A program made the translations under genes and the position numbers. Below are positions 63,552 through 64,000 of a stretch of DNA of 64,000 bases, one piece after another (position 1 is the first letter of the stretch; each line of letters begins with the position of its first letter). The notes beneath the pieces were generated by a model. The model was not told where the DNA came from. It made no database searches and worked only from the letters and a program-made list of their open reading frames with translations. This DNA comes from Scyliorhinus canicula (lineage: Eukaryota): contig NC_052147.1 in NCBI RefSeq assembly GCF_902713615.1, positions 199,665,764-199,729,763 of the forward strand. Reading direction: 5' to 3'.

Positions 63552-64000
63552 TTGGATAAATGTGAGGTTATTCATTTTGGAAGCAAAAACAAGAAGGCAG
63601 ATTACTACCTGAATGGCTGTAAATTGGGAGAGGGGAGTGTGCAGCAGGACCTGGGTGTCCTTGTGCACCAGTTGCTGAAGGTAAGCATGCAGGTGCAGCA
63701 GGCGGTACAGAATGGTATGTTGGCTTTCATTGCAAGAGGTTTGGAGTACAGGATTAGGGATGTGTTGTTGCAATTATACAGGGCCTTGGTGAGGCCATAC
63801 CGAGAATACTGTGTGCAGTTTTGGTCTCCTTTTTTGAGGAAGGATGTTCTTGCTCTTGAAGGTGTGCAGCGAAGGTTTACCAGTCTGATTCCAGGGATGG
63901 CGGGACTGTCACATGAGAAGTGATTTACTAGGTTAGGATTGTTTTCGCTTGAGTTTTGACGAATGAGGGGGGATTTCATAGAGACTTATAAAATTCTAAC
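63552..64000 (+). mobile_element. CR1 LINE ORF2 3' fragment (continues beyond window)
   Basis: KCEVIHFGSKN...QDLGVLV...LYRALVRP...EYCVQFWSP, same family as 18027-18608. Confidence 0.9.

Overview
Eukaryotic (vertebrate) genomic DNA: the posterior (5') end of a cartilaginous-fish HoxD cluster and its flank, probably a shark judging by the intact HoxD14 and the HE1-like SINE/CR1/Penelope repeats; the species cannot be fixed from sequence alone. Minus strand: HoxD12 (2 exons, 272 aa), HoxD13 (2 exons, up to 312 aa) and HoxD14 (3 exons, split homeobox, WFQNQR, 267 aa). Plus strand: Evx2 (3 exons, 424 aa), then the 5' part of lunapark (lnpk: a probable non-coding exon 1 and two small coding exons). 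All coding-exon splice junctions were read by hand and are GT-AG and in frame. The Hox/Evx region is almost repeat-free apart from a ~2.4 kb TE island between HoxD13 and HoxD14. The lnpk introns are packed with SINEs, CR1/L2 fragments and a near full-length L1-clade LINE. Most notable non-annotated signals: (1) a recurring TCAAGGTCA/DR0 nuclear-receptor motif around the posterior Hox genes; (2) a ~340 bp patchwork of three inverted templated copies upstream of HoxD13; (3) a Penelope-derived palindrome carrying a hammerhead-ribozyme core inside the cluster; (4) ~950 bp of old genomic DNA captured inside the target-site duplication of the L1; (5) a duplicated 22-bp HoxD12 promoter module; (6) a GA/G4 tract at the expected Hoxd13-Evx2 boundary. 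No wholly new gene system is evident; most short ORFs in the track are spurious or TE-derived.
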